A stretch of DNA of 64,000 bases, from positions 160,001 to 224,000 of the forward strand of contig CAWGMQ010000007.1 of NCBI GenBank assembly GCA_963823665.1, written 5' to 3'. The position numbers and the translations under genes are program-made. The DNA comes from an uncultured Planctomycetota bacterium. GTDB taxonomy: Bacteria; Planctomycetota; Planctomycetia; Isosphaerales; Isosphaeraceae. Below are positions 52,004-64,000 of this stretch, piece after piece. The notes below the pieces were generated by a model. The model saw only the letters and a list, made by a program, of their open reading frames with translations, ran no database searches and was not told the origin of the DNA. Each line of letters opens with the position of its first letter. The stretch's first letter is position 1.

Positions 52004-54475
52004 ATGGACGCAACGCTGAAGACGCAAGCACCCCCTAGGGGCACCACGCCTTCGGGCGATTCCCAGGGCCAGGCCGCACCACTCTCGCCGGACGAGCTCC
52101 GCAAGCTCGACGCTTACTGGCGGGCCGCCAACTATCTCGCGGTTGGGCAGATCTACCTTCTCGACAACCCGCTCCTGAAGGAGCCGCTCAAACGTGAGCA
52201 CATCAAGCCGCGCCTGCTCGGCCACTGGGGCACCTCGCCTGGCCTCAACATGCTGTGCACCCACCTCAACCGGGTCATCAAGCGTGATGATCTGGATATG
52301 ATTTACATCATCGGGCCGGGGCATGGCGGCCCCTCATTGGTCGCTCACGCCTACCTGGAAGGGACTTACTCCGAGGTCTACCCGGAGATCAGTCAGGACG
52401 CCGATGGGATGCGGAAGCTGTTCAAACAGTTCAGCTTCCCGGGAGGCATCCCCAGCCATGTCGCGCCCGAGACGCCGGGCAGCATTCACGAAGGTGGCGA
52501 GCTTGGGTACGCCCTGAGCCACGCGTATGGGGCAGCATTCGACAACCCGGATCTGATCGTCGCCTGTGTCGTCGGCGACGGCGAGGCCGAGACCGGACCT
52601 CTCGCCACCGGCTGGCACGGCAACAAGTTCCTCAATCCGGCCCGAGACGGCTGCGTGCTCCCGATTCTTCACCTGAACGGGTACAAGATCGCCAACCCTT
52701 GCTTCCTCGCCCGCATCCCGCACGACGAGCTGCGGAAGTTCTTCGAGGGGATGGGTTACAGTCCGTACTTCGTTGAGGGGCACGACCCGGCAGCCGTCCA
52801 TCAGCGGCTCGCCGGGGTGCTCGACGAGGTCATGGCGGAGATAGGTCGGATCAAGGACGATGCCCGGACGAGGGGCAACCTCAAGCGACCGGCGTAGCCG
52901 ATGATCATTTTCCGCACGCCCAAGGGCTGGACGTGCCCCCCGGAGATCGACGGCAAGAAGTGTGAGGGCTACTGGCGGAGCCACCAGGTACCCATGGGCG
53001 AAATGGACAAGCCCGAGCACATTCGCATCCTCGAAGATTGGATGAAAAGCTACCGGCCCGAGGAGCTCTTCGACGCCACTGGCCGGCTCAATTCGGAGCT
53101 CGCCCTGCTGGCTCCGACGGGGCATCGCCGGATGAGCGACAACCCGCAGGCTAACGGCGGCCTGCTGCTGCGTGACCTCAAGATGCCCGACTTCCGCGAC
53201 TATGCCGTCGATGTCAAAGGCCCCGGCCAGACCACGGCGGAATCAGCCCGGGTGATGGGCAAGTTCTTGCGAGACGTCATGAAGCTGAACCTGGAGAGCC
53301 GCAACTTCCGCCTGTTCAGCCCGGACGAGAACAACTCGAACCGCTGGCAGGACGTCCTGGAAGTCACCAATCGCTGCTACATGGCCGAGATCTACCCCGA
53401 GGACGACAAGCTCAGCCCTGACGGCCGTGTGATGGAAGTCTTGAGCGAACACCAGTGCCAGGGGTGGCTCGAAGGCTATCTGCTGACCGGGCGGCACGGC
53501 TTCTTCTCGTGTTACGAGGCGTTCATCCACATCATCGACTCGATGTTCAACCAGCACGCCAAGTGGCTGAAGGTGTGCAACCACATTCCCTGGCGCCGGC
53601 CGATCGCCTCGTTCAACTACTTCCTCAGCTCGCACGTCTGGCGGCAGGATCACAACGGCTTCAGCCATCAGGATCCCGGTTTCATCGATCATGTCGTCAA
53701 CAAGAAGGCGGAGGTGGTCCGCGTCTACCTGCCTCCCGACGCGAACTGCCTGCTCTCGGTCACTGACCATTGCCTCCGCAGCCGTAACTACGTCAACGTC
53801 GTGGTCGCCGGCAAGCAGCCGGCGCCGCAGTGGCTGACGATGGATCAGGCCGTCAAGCACTGCACCAAGGGGCTGGGAATCTGGGAGTGGGCCAGCAACG
53901 ACAAGGGGAGCGAGCCCGACGTCGTCATGGGCTGCTGCGGGGACGTGCCGACCCTCGAGACGCTTGCGGCGGTCGAACTGATTCGCCGGCATCTGCCCGA
54001 GCTCAAGGTCCGCGTGATCAACGTCGTGGACTTGATGACGCTGCAGCCCTGCAGCGAGCATCCGCACGGCTTGTCGAACGCCGACTTCGACGCCCTGTTC
54101 ACGAAGGACAAACCGATCATCTTCGCCTTCCATGGCTACCCGTGGCTCATCCACCGGCTGACCTACCGGAGAACAAACCATAAGAACCTTCACGTCCGAG
54201 GCTACAAGGAAGAGGGCACGACGACCACGCCGTTCGACATGGTGGTCTTGAACGACCTCGACAGGTTCCACCTGGTGCAGGACGTGATCGATCGGCTCCC
54301 GCAGCTCGGCTCCCGCGCGGCCTACTTCAAGCAGGCGATCCACGAGAAGCTGATCGAGCACAAGGAGTACATCGAACGACACGGCGATGACATTCCGGCA
54401 ATCAGTGGCTGGAAGTGGGGGCTGAAACCGTCGTCGGGCCCACGCGCCACATCCACGGAAGGGGACAACGTCTAG
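52004..54475 (+). CDS. xfp: Phosphoketolase interrupted by one in-frame TAG (52895-52897)
   Basis: [42 protein letters not shown]; then [43 protein letters not shown]. Confidence 0.93.
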
Positions 54476-54575
54476 AGTCGGGAACCACGCCCCCCAACCT
54501 CCGGAGTGAGTCGAGCCGACGATTGCCAGTCTGTTTCGACCCGCGGGGCGGACAACAGAACAGAGCGAGGTCATC

Positions 54576-56696
54576 GTGTCCGTCGTCAAGCAGACCCAGC
54601 CAGGTACCCTCCCGGATGCCTCCGCCAAGACCATCGGCCGAAGCTGCCCCCTGGGCGCTACCGTCATTGACGGCGGCGTCAACTTCAGCCTGTTCTCACG
54701 GACCGCCGCCGGCGTGGAGCTCTTGTTCTTTGATCGGGACGACGCTACCCCGTCCCGCGTAGTCCGGATCGATCCGGCGACCAACCGGACCTACCACTAC
54801 TGGCACGTGTTTGTGCCGGGGGTCTCGCCGGGACAGATCTACGGCTATCGGGTCGAAGGGGTGTCGGACCCCGAGCGCGGGCTCCGGTTCGACCCCGCCA
54901 AAGTCCTGCTGGACCCGTACGCCCGGGGCGTGGTCGTCCCCAAGGCTTTCGACCGAGAGGGCGCGAGACGCGAAGGCGATAATGCGGCGACGGCGATGAA
55001 GAGTGTGGTCGTCGACCCGCACGCTTACGACTGGGAGGGAGACCTTCCACTCTACCGGCCCTCGTCACGCACCATCATCTATGAGATGCACGTCCGCGGA
55101 TTCAGTCGCCACCCGAGTTCCGGGGTCCGTGAGAAGACCAGGGGCACGTTCGCGGGCCTGATCGAGAAGATCCCCTATCTCCGGGAGCTCGGCATCACCG
55201 CCGTCGAGCTGCTTCCGGTGTTCGCGTTCGACGCCCAGGCTTGTCCGCCGGGGCTAGTCAACTACTGGGGATACCAGCCTGTCTCCTTCTTCGCGCCGCA
55301 CCCGGCTTATAGCTCGCAAAGCGACGCGCTCGGCCCTGTGAACGAGTTCCGCGACATGGTGAAGGCGCTTCACCGGGCTGGAATTGAGGTCATCCTCGAC
55401 GTGGTGTTCAACCACACCGCCGAAGGCGATCGCACCGGTCCGACGCTCTGTTTCCGCGGGATCGACAACCCGACCTACTACATTCTCGACGGGGACGGAT
55501 CCCGGTACGCCGACTACACCGGCTGCGGGAATACGCTGAACGGCAATCATCCGATCGTTCGCCGCATGATCTTGGACAGTTTGCGCTACTGGGTTGAGAA
55601 AATGCACGTTGACGGCTTCCGGTTCGACCTCGCGTCGATCCTGGCCCGCGACCCCGCGGGGCGTCCAATGCCGAACCCGCCGGTCCTCTGGGATATCGAG
55701 TCGGACCCGGCCCTGGCCGGTACGAAGCTCATCGCCGAGGCGTGGGACGCGGCCGGGCTTTACCAGGTCGGGAGCTTCGTCGGCGACTCCTGGAGGGAGT
55801 GGAACGGCCGATTCCGCGACGATATCCGCGACTTCTTCCGCGGCGAACGCGGATCAGTGCGCCGCGCGGCCGACCGGCTGGTCGGGAGCCCCGAAATCTA
55901 TGGCCACAAGGGCCGCGAGGCTGAGCAGAGCATCAATTTCGTGACCTGCCACGACGGCTTCACCCTCAATGACCTCGTCTCCTACAACCAGAAGCACAAC
56001 GAATCGAACGGCGAGCACAACCGCGACGGCGCCGACGACAATCGAAGCTGGAACTGCGGAGTCGAAGGTCCGACCGATGATCCCGCGGTCGAGAGGCTGC
56101 GGAGCCGGCAGATGAAGAACTACCTCACGGTCACCATGATGTCCCTGGGTGTGCCCATGATCCTCATGGGAGACGAGGCCCGGCGCACTCAAGCAGGCAA
56201 CAACAACGCCTATTGCCATGATGACGAGAGCACCTGGTTCGACTGGACACTCCCGGCCAAGCATGCCGAAGTCAACCGCTTCGTGAGCCTTCTGGCCGCG
56301 AGGCGCTCGCTGCGCGACGTGGAGCACGAGCGGCAGCGCGTGAGCCTGAGCTCCTTCTTGCGGGACCCGAGCAGGGCCTGGCACGGCGTGAAGCTGCATG
56401 AGCCGGATTGGGGGGACTCTTCACACAGCATTGCCCTGGGCGCGATGCTTCGCGGGGAGGGGCTGCTTTTCCACTTCATCCTGAACGCGTACTGGGAGCC
56501 GCTCGAGTTCGAGTTGCCGAGGGCTGGTGAAGGGAGCTCGTGGCGACGATGGATCGACACGGCCCTCGAATCGCCGCACGACATCGTCCCGTGGGAGTCG
56601 GCACCGACGGTCTCGGGCAGCTCCTATCGAGTCGAAGCCCGCTCGGTCGTGTTTCTGTACGCGGCCGCCCCATCTGCGGTTGGTCTTTCAACTTGA
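54576..56696 (+). CDS. glgX: Glycogen debranching enzyme (GH13 isoamylase)
   Basis: IIYEMHVRGF, NYWGY, DVVFNHT, DGFRFDLA, IAEAWD, NFVTCHDGFTL, GNNNAYC. Confidence 0.95.
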   Translation: MSVVKQTQPGTLPDASAKTIGRSCPLGATVIDGGVNFSLFSRTAAGVELLFFDRDDATPSRVVRIDPATNRTYHYWHVFVPGVSPGQIYGYRVEGVSDPERGLRFDPAKVLLDPYARGVVVPKAFDREGARREGDNAATAMKSVVVDPHAYDWEGDLPLYRPSSRTIIYEMHVRGFSRHPSSGVREKTRGTFAGLIEKIPYLRELGITAVELLPVFAFDAQACPPGLVNYWGYQPVSFFAPHPAYSSQSDALGPVNEFRDMVKALHRAGIEVILDVVFNHTAEGDRTGPTLCFRGIDNPTYYILDGDGSRYADYTGCGNTLNGNHPIVRRMILDSLRYWVEKMHVDGFRFDLASILARDPAGRPMPNPPVLWDIESDPALAGTKLIAEAWDAAGLYQVGSFVGDSWREWNGRFRDDIRDFFRGERGSVRRAADRLVGSPEIYGHKGREAEQSINFVTCHDGFTLNDLVSYNQKHNESNGEHNRDGADDNRSWNCGVEGPTDDPAVERLRSRQMKNYLTVTMMSLGVPMILMGDEARRTQAGNNNAYCHDDESTWFDWTLPAKHAEVNRFVSLLAARRSLRDVEHERQRVSLSSFLRDPSRAWHGVKLHEPDWGDSSHSIALGAMLRGEGLLFHFILNAYWEPLEFELPRAGEGSSWRRWIDTALESPHDIVPWESAPTVSGSSYRVEARSVVFLYAAAPSAVGLST

Positions 56697-56766
56697 CGCG
56701 TTGCCCTGCGACCACCGCGCCACGTTCTCGTAAACCACGTTCGGCTGGGAGGGGCAAGCACACCGG

Positions 56767-59506
<2,740 letters not shown>

Positions 59507-60049
59507 GAGTGCCTGCTTTGGCTCTCGCCGAGATCATGGAAGGGAGATCAAGAAGTGGAAGTGCACTTATTCAATATAACGTCAATGATCGCCTTGGCTC
59601 TACCGATTTCAGCGATTGTCCTGCATTTCAAAGACTGGCCCCCGGCGAATCGCGCATTCCCGTAATTCCCTGCCAGATCGCATTTCAGGAAAGTTCTGCG
59701 AATTCGTCAGCACCGGACCCCGCAAGACTCATCGTTCGCCCGACCGGCTATCGCCGACGCGTCTGAGTGCGTCATCGCGTGCGGCTGGAAAGGCCCGGGC
59801 GGCGAGCGGTCGGCGTGAGCAGGCGTTGAGCCCCGGCGCGGCGTCGGATCTCATCCCGTGATAATTCCTCCCTTGCACACTACTTGCGTGCTATGATCGA
59901 GCATCGGTGAGTAACACGTCCCCCCGCCGAGACAGACACATTCAGCGGCCGGCAGAGACCAGATTGTCGCGCTTTCATGCTCCGTTGTTTTCTGAAGCCC
60001 GGGATGGGTCCTTCGGAATCGATGGGGTGAATCGAGAGGAGAGGGTGAG

Positions 60050-62134
60050 ATGCCTCGACTCGGACTGGCACTCTCCGGCGGTGGACTGCGGGCCACCCTG
60101 TTTCATCTTGGCGTCGTCCGCTTCCTGCGTGATGCGGGCCTGCTCCGAGAGGTGACGCACATCGTCTCGGTCTCGGGCGGCAGCATTCTGGGTGCCCACC
60201 TCGCGCTCAACTGGGGGCGCTACAACGGCTCGGCGGCGGACTTCGAGGCGGCGGCCGCGAAGATTATCGCCTTCGTCCAGTCCGACGCCCGAAACCAGAT
60301 CGCCCGGCGTATCCCGTTCCTCGTCCCGATCCGCTCCCTCCGGCGACTCGCCCTCCGCGGGCCGAGCCGCACCGTCACGCCGACGGGGCTGCTCGAGAAG
60401 CTCTATGCGAAGCAGCTCTATGGCGACGCTCGCGTGCATCAGCTTCCGGAAACGCCGGAGCTGCACCTCCTCACCACGAACATGAGCGAGGGGAGCCTCT
60501 GCTCGTTCACGAGGGCCGGCCTGATCATGCAGCATCGGACAAGCGGGGGAACCAAGGTCGAGACCCTGCCGGCCCGGCTGACGCCGGTCGCGCTGGCGGT
60601 CACGGCCTCCTCGGCCTTTCCCGGGTTCTTCCCCCCCGCGCTGATCACGGCCGACGATCTCGGCCTCTCCGATGGCGAGTTCCCACCGCAGACGTTCACC
60701 GACGGCGGCGTGTACGACAACCTGGGCGTCCGGGTCTTCGACCTGCTCGAGCACCTCGACCCGTCGCTCGATCAGATCCTCGTGAGCGACGTCGGCAAGC
60801 CGTTCAGTATCGTCCGTGCCCATTCGCTGGGCATGATCGGCCGGGCGATGCGGGCCTCGGACATCCTCTGGGATCGCGTCGGGCAGCTCGAGCAGCAGAA
60901 GTTCCAGGACGATCCCCGCTTCCTGTTCGTCGCGGCACTGGACCGCGTCGACTTGAGGGACGATCCGACTGCGCTCCACCCGGTGATCCAGGCAGAGGTC
61001 GCCCAGATTCGGACGGACCTCGATCGGTTCTCACCGGTGGATATCTCCGCGCTGGTACAGCACGGGTACTGCGTGGCCCGCAAGCAGTGCCGGACCCGCC
61101 CCGACCTCTACGGGTCGAACTTACCATCCACACCGCCGTGGGACCCGATGAAGGGTTCCGATGAGACCGTTTCGCAGCACGCCTCGAAGGCTCTCAGCAA
61201 GGAGGAACTGTCGCGGGATGATTCTCCGCCCGTGACCGCCCTCGTGACCCGGCAGGCCCAGCAGCTCCGCGACTCGGCCGGCCGTCGCGTCTGGAGCACC
61301 CTGCTCGATCTCCGCGACTGGCCCACCTACGTCTACATCCCCCTCCTGTTCCTGCTCCTCGTCGTCCTCCCCGTCTATCTCTACCGCTACCGCCGCCAGG
61401 CGAACACCAATGCCACGATCGTCAAGGCGATCACCGAAGGCAGCCCTGACTTCCGCAAGATCCTCGACATTGTGCAACACAGCACCACGCCCGCATGGAC
61501 CCCGCTGCCCGTCCAGGAGGTTTCCCAGGCGTCGCCAAAATTAGACTACAGCGGGTTTGACTTTGTGAGCGACACCGCCATCGTCGACCTGCGGGACTGG
61601 CGATCGAAGACCCAGGACGTGGCGCACTACTACCGGAGGGTCCACATCCGGAGACGGGCGAGCGCGGACCACGTGGTCCTCCAGTACCCTCGCCTCCCCT
61701 TCGACCGGATCGACTTTCACGCCGGGCCGGAGAAGCTGAAGCCCGTCGTCCGCCGGGTCCCTCCCGAGACCCCGGAGGGGAAGACGACCTGGGAACTCGA
61801 ATTCGACTTGTCGGGCGTACGGCCCGGAGGTACCACCGATATCGAAATCGAGGCGACCATCCACGACTTCGAGGCACGCAAGGGCAAGCGCGAGAACTGG
61901 CTGCGCTACTCACCGCCTGCCGCGACGGAGCAAGCCTCCGTATGGGTGCTCTTCCCGGAATCTCGACCGTACAAGGACTACCGCCTCATCCGCTACGCCA
62001 CGGCCGACCCCTCCAAGCCCGAGCAGATCGAGACGCAGTACACGATCGACCACCCCTACGGCTCGATCATCGCCTGGTCGATCGTGAACGCCGAGGTGGG
62101 CTACGTTTACGAGTGCGAGTGGACGACGGAGTGA
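60050..62134 (+). CDS. Patatin-like phospholipase with a TM helix and an uncharacterised C-terminal beta-rich domain
   Basis: LALSGGGLRA, SVSGGS (nucleophile), ASSAFPGFF, TDGGVYDNLG; TM YVYIPLLFLLLVVLPVYLY. Confidence 0.88.
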   Translation: MPRLGLALSGGGLRATLFHLGVVRFLRDAGLLREVTHIVSVSGGSILGAHLALNWGRYNGSAADFEAAAAKIIAFVQSDARNQIARRIPFLVPIRSLRRLALRGPSRTVTPTGLLEKLYAKQLYGDARVHQLPETPELHLLTTNMSEGSLCSFTRAGLIMQHRTSGGTKVETLPARLTPVALAVTASSAFPGFFPPALITADDLGLSDGEFPPQTFTDGGVYDNLGVRVFDLLEHLDPSLDQILVSDVGKPFSIVRAHSLGMIGRAMRASDILWDRVGQLEQQKFQDDPRFLFVAALDRVDLRDDPTALHPVIQAEVAQIRTDLDRFSPVDISALVQHGYCVARKQCRTRPDLYGSNLPSTPPWDPMKGSDETVSQHASKALSKEELSRDDSPPVTALVTRQAQQLRDSAGRRVWSTLLDLRDWPTYVYIPLLFLLLVVLPVYLYRYRRQANTNATIVKAITEGSPDFRKILDIVQHSTTPAWTPLPVQEVSQASPKLDYSGFDFVSDTAIVDLRDWRSKTQDVAHYYRRVHIRRRASADHVVLQYPRLPFDRIDFHAGPEKLKPVVRRVPPETPEGKTTWELEFDLSGVRPGGTTDIEIEATIHDFEARKGKRENWLRYSPPAATEQASVWVLFPESRPYKDYRLIRYATADPSKPEQIETQYTIDHPYGSIIAWSIVNAEVGYVYECEWTTE

Positions 62135-62247
62135 GCCTCCTCGCGCCGTGCTTACTGAAACGACCCCCGCTTGACCCTCGAGAGCGCACCCGTTAGCATA
62201 GGACATCTGTCGTACATCGCTGGAGTTCTTCTCGAAAGGAGCCGGAG

Positions 62248-63608
62248 ATGACCACTGCGAGACCAGGGACCTGGGTGGCGGCTTGTGTGGTGATTTCCGC
62301 TTGCTCCGGCTCGCTCAAAGCGGGCGAGGTGCCGAGGTACTCTCCCAGGCCCGGTCAGGTGCTCACGTACGAGGAGAATCAGACGTTCAAAGGCAAGGGA
62401 GAGAACTCCGCATACCGGACGACGTGGCGGATCTGGGTCGTGGGAAAGAACGACGACGGCAGCTTCCGCATGGTCGTGCGCGAGGCGATGAAGGCGCTGG
62501 GGCAGGGAGCCGTTTCCGTGAACCAGGACGAAATGGTAAGCCTCGCCCGCATCGACCTCTATCCCGACGGTACCGTTCCGCGCACACCCTTGCTTGGCAC
62601 GCGATTCGACCCCTCGCATCTCTTTCCGCGATTGCCAGGCAATGACAAGGAATGCACCTCCGGCTGGAAGGCACACGACGACCGCGACGATGCCACGACG
62701 CAATATGAGCCGATCGCGCCAAGCAGAGCGACGAGGGAGCGACGGTCGATTTTGTCGCGGATCAGAGCTCGTACATGGAAAAGATCTATGAGGGGAAAGA
62801 CCGGCGCACGTTCCACTTCGACCGGGGCAAGGGCCTGGTGGTCCGCGCCGAGATCGAGCGAGAGTTTGGCTCGCACATGAACAGTAAGGGCACCGGGACG
62901 CTCGAGTTGAAGTCGATCGAGGAGCTTGAGCCGGCGAAACTGGCAACGTTCCGCGATGAAATGAACCGGGCGTTCGAGACGATCGAGGCTTATCGCAAGA
63001 TATACCGCCACTCGCCCAAATCCGGCGGCGAGGCGGAGCAGCTTTTGAACAAAGCCCGCTCGGTGCTGGCCGATGCACGGGCCAAGCTGACGGTTCCCGA
63101 GGCCGTCGCCGCGATCGACGACCAGCTCAAGAACCACAATCAGTTTGCCCCGTACCAGGTGGAGGAAGCGAAACGATTCGCCGAACTTATCGGCCATGCG
63201 GCACCGGTATGGGAGGTAAAGGACCTTGAAGGCAAGACGCACACGCTCGAGCAATACCGCGGCAAGGTGCTGGTTCTCGACTTCTGGTACCGCGGCTGCG
63301 GCTGGTGCATGCGGGCGATGCCGCAGGTGAAGGAGGTTGCCAGGCACTACCGCGGCCGCCCGGTCGCCGTGTTCGGCATGAACAACGATGGCAAGGAAGA
63401 GGACGCGAAGTTCGTCGTGGAAAAGATGGAGCTGGAATATCCCGTGCTCCGCTCGAACGAGTTACCCGGCAAGTACGGAGTAAAGGGATTTCCGACTCTG
63501 ATGGTGATCGACCAGCAAGGCAAGGTCGCCGACGTGCACATCGGATATTCGGATCATCTGTTCGAAGACGTGACGGCGACCGTTGATAAATTGCTGGCGG
63601 CGAAGTAG
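62248..63608 (+). CDS. Secreted TlpA/redoxin-family thiol-disulfide oxidoreductase with N-terminal extension; frameshift at ~62718
   Basis: Signal-like N-terminus; C-terminal GKVLVLDFWYRGCGWC...YGVKGFPTLMVID. Confidence 0.82.
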
Positions 63609-63622
63609 GTGCGACCAGAATC

Positions 63623-64000
63623 TCACGCAAATGCGCAATCGCTCATTCCGGCGCGCCTAGCAATCGCAGTTTTCCGCCGTGGGTGTGCAATTCCTTGGCC
63701 GTCGCAAATCAGCACAGTCCGGCTTCACGCTGAGTTTTTTGAACGCTTGGATCACCGCCGGGGCTTCTCGGAAGGTGAGCAGACCCGGAACATACGGGAA
63801 CCTCGCCTCGGCGAGCACCCCCGAGCGATCAAGCACCTCGAAAGTGCCGGCTTGCAGAACGACCACAGCGGCGTGAAGCCACCTGGCGCGCTTGTCGTAC
63901 GAGACGTCTGCGCCGGCGATTGTTTTGTAGGATTTGAGCGGACGCGTTGTGTCGATCTGGGCCGCCAGGCGCATTTGCAGTTCGCGGGCTTCGGTCGTGG
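63623..64000 (-). pseudogene. nfi: Endonuclease V; 5' end outside the window, frameshifted and 3'-truncated
   Basis: IAGADVSY, FPYVPGLLTFREAP, KPD then (frameshift) VLICDGQGIAHPRR, followed by unrelated KTAIARRAGMSDCAFA-stop. Confidence 0.78.

Noticed and set aside
52895..52897. Pyrrolysine or genome-wide TAG recoding
   Set aside because: The position is a conserved Trp, no pyl genes are in the window, and TAG ends several other genes here, including xfp itself.
60050..63608. CBASS-type patatin defence operon
   Set aside because: No CD-NTase or other recognisable defence genes lie adjacent.

Overview
GC-rich bacterial DNA, most likely Planctomycetota (Isosphaeraceae-like). This is inferred from the 'RRxxxxExLExRxxxx' planctomycete export leaders, the ECF sigma/Ser-Thr kinase pairs and an ECF sigma with a long C-terminal extension. 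Left half (1-37 kb), surface proteins and signalling: a giant RHS/YD exoprotein whose RHS core is internal, not terminal (it runs off the left edge); a 3111-aa beta-helix/Gly-rich exoprotein; two ECF sigma + membrane Ser/Thr kinase pairs, each beside a giant exoprotein; two internally deleted gene relics; a divergent VOC pair; a 1.6-kb tandem duplication (integrase relic plus putative outer-membrane protein); and an ECF57-like sigma. Right half (37-64 kb), stress and carbon storage: a YhiI/RbbA/YhhJ-type ABC exporter, an unknown-DyP-unknown triad, HdeD, a secreted TPR protein, an SgcJ/SnoaL-like protein, a YiiX-like amidase, AI-2E, phosphoketolase (in-frame TAG at a conserved Trp), GlgX, a GH63 glucosidase, a membrane patatin, a TlpA-like protein and a truncated endonuclease V. 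Many genes carry 1-nt frameshifts, clustered at 24.5-30 kb and 37-41.5 kb; these may be long-read errors rather than true decay. Several short copies of neighbouring gene ends sit at gene junctions. No rRNA, tRNA or CRISPR array was seen. All family calls come from motif recognition by eye; no searches were run.
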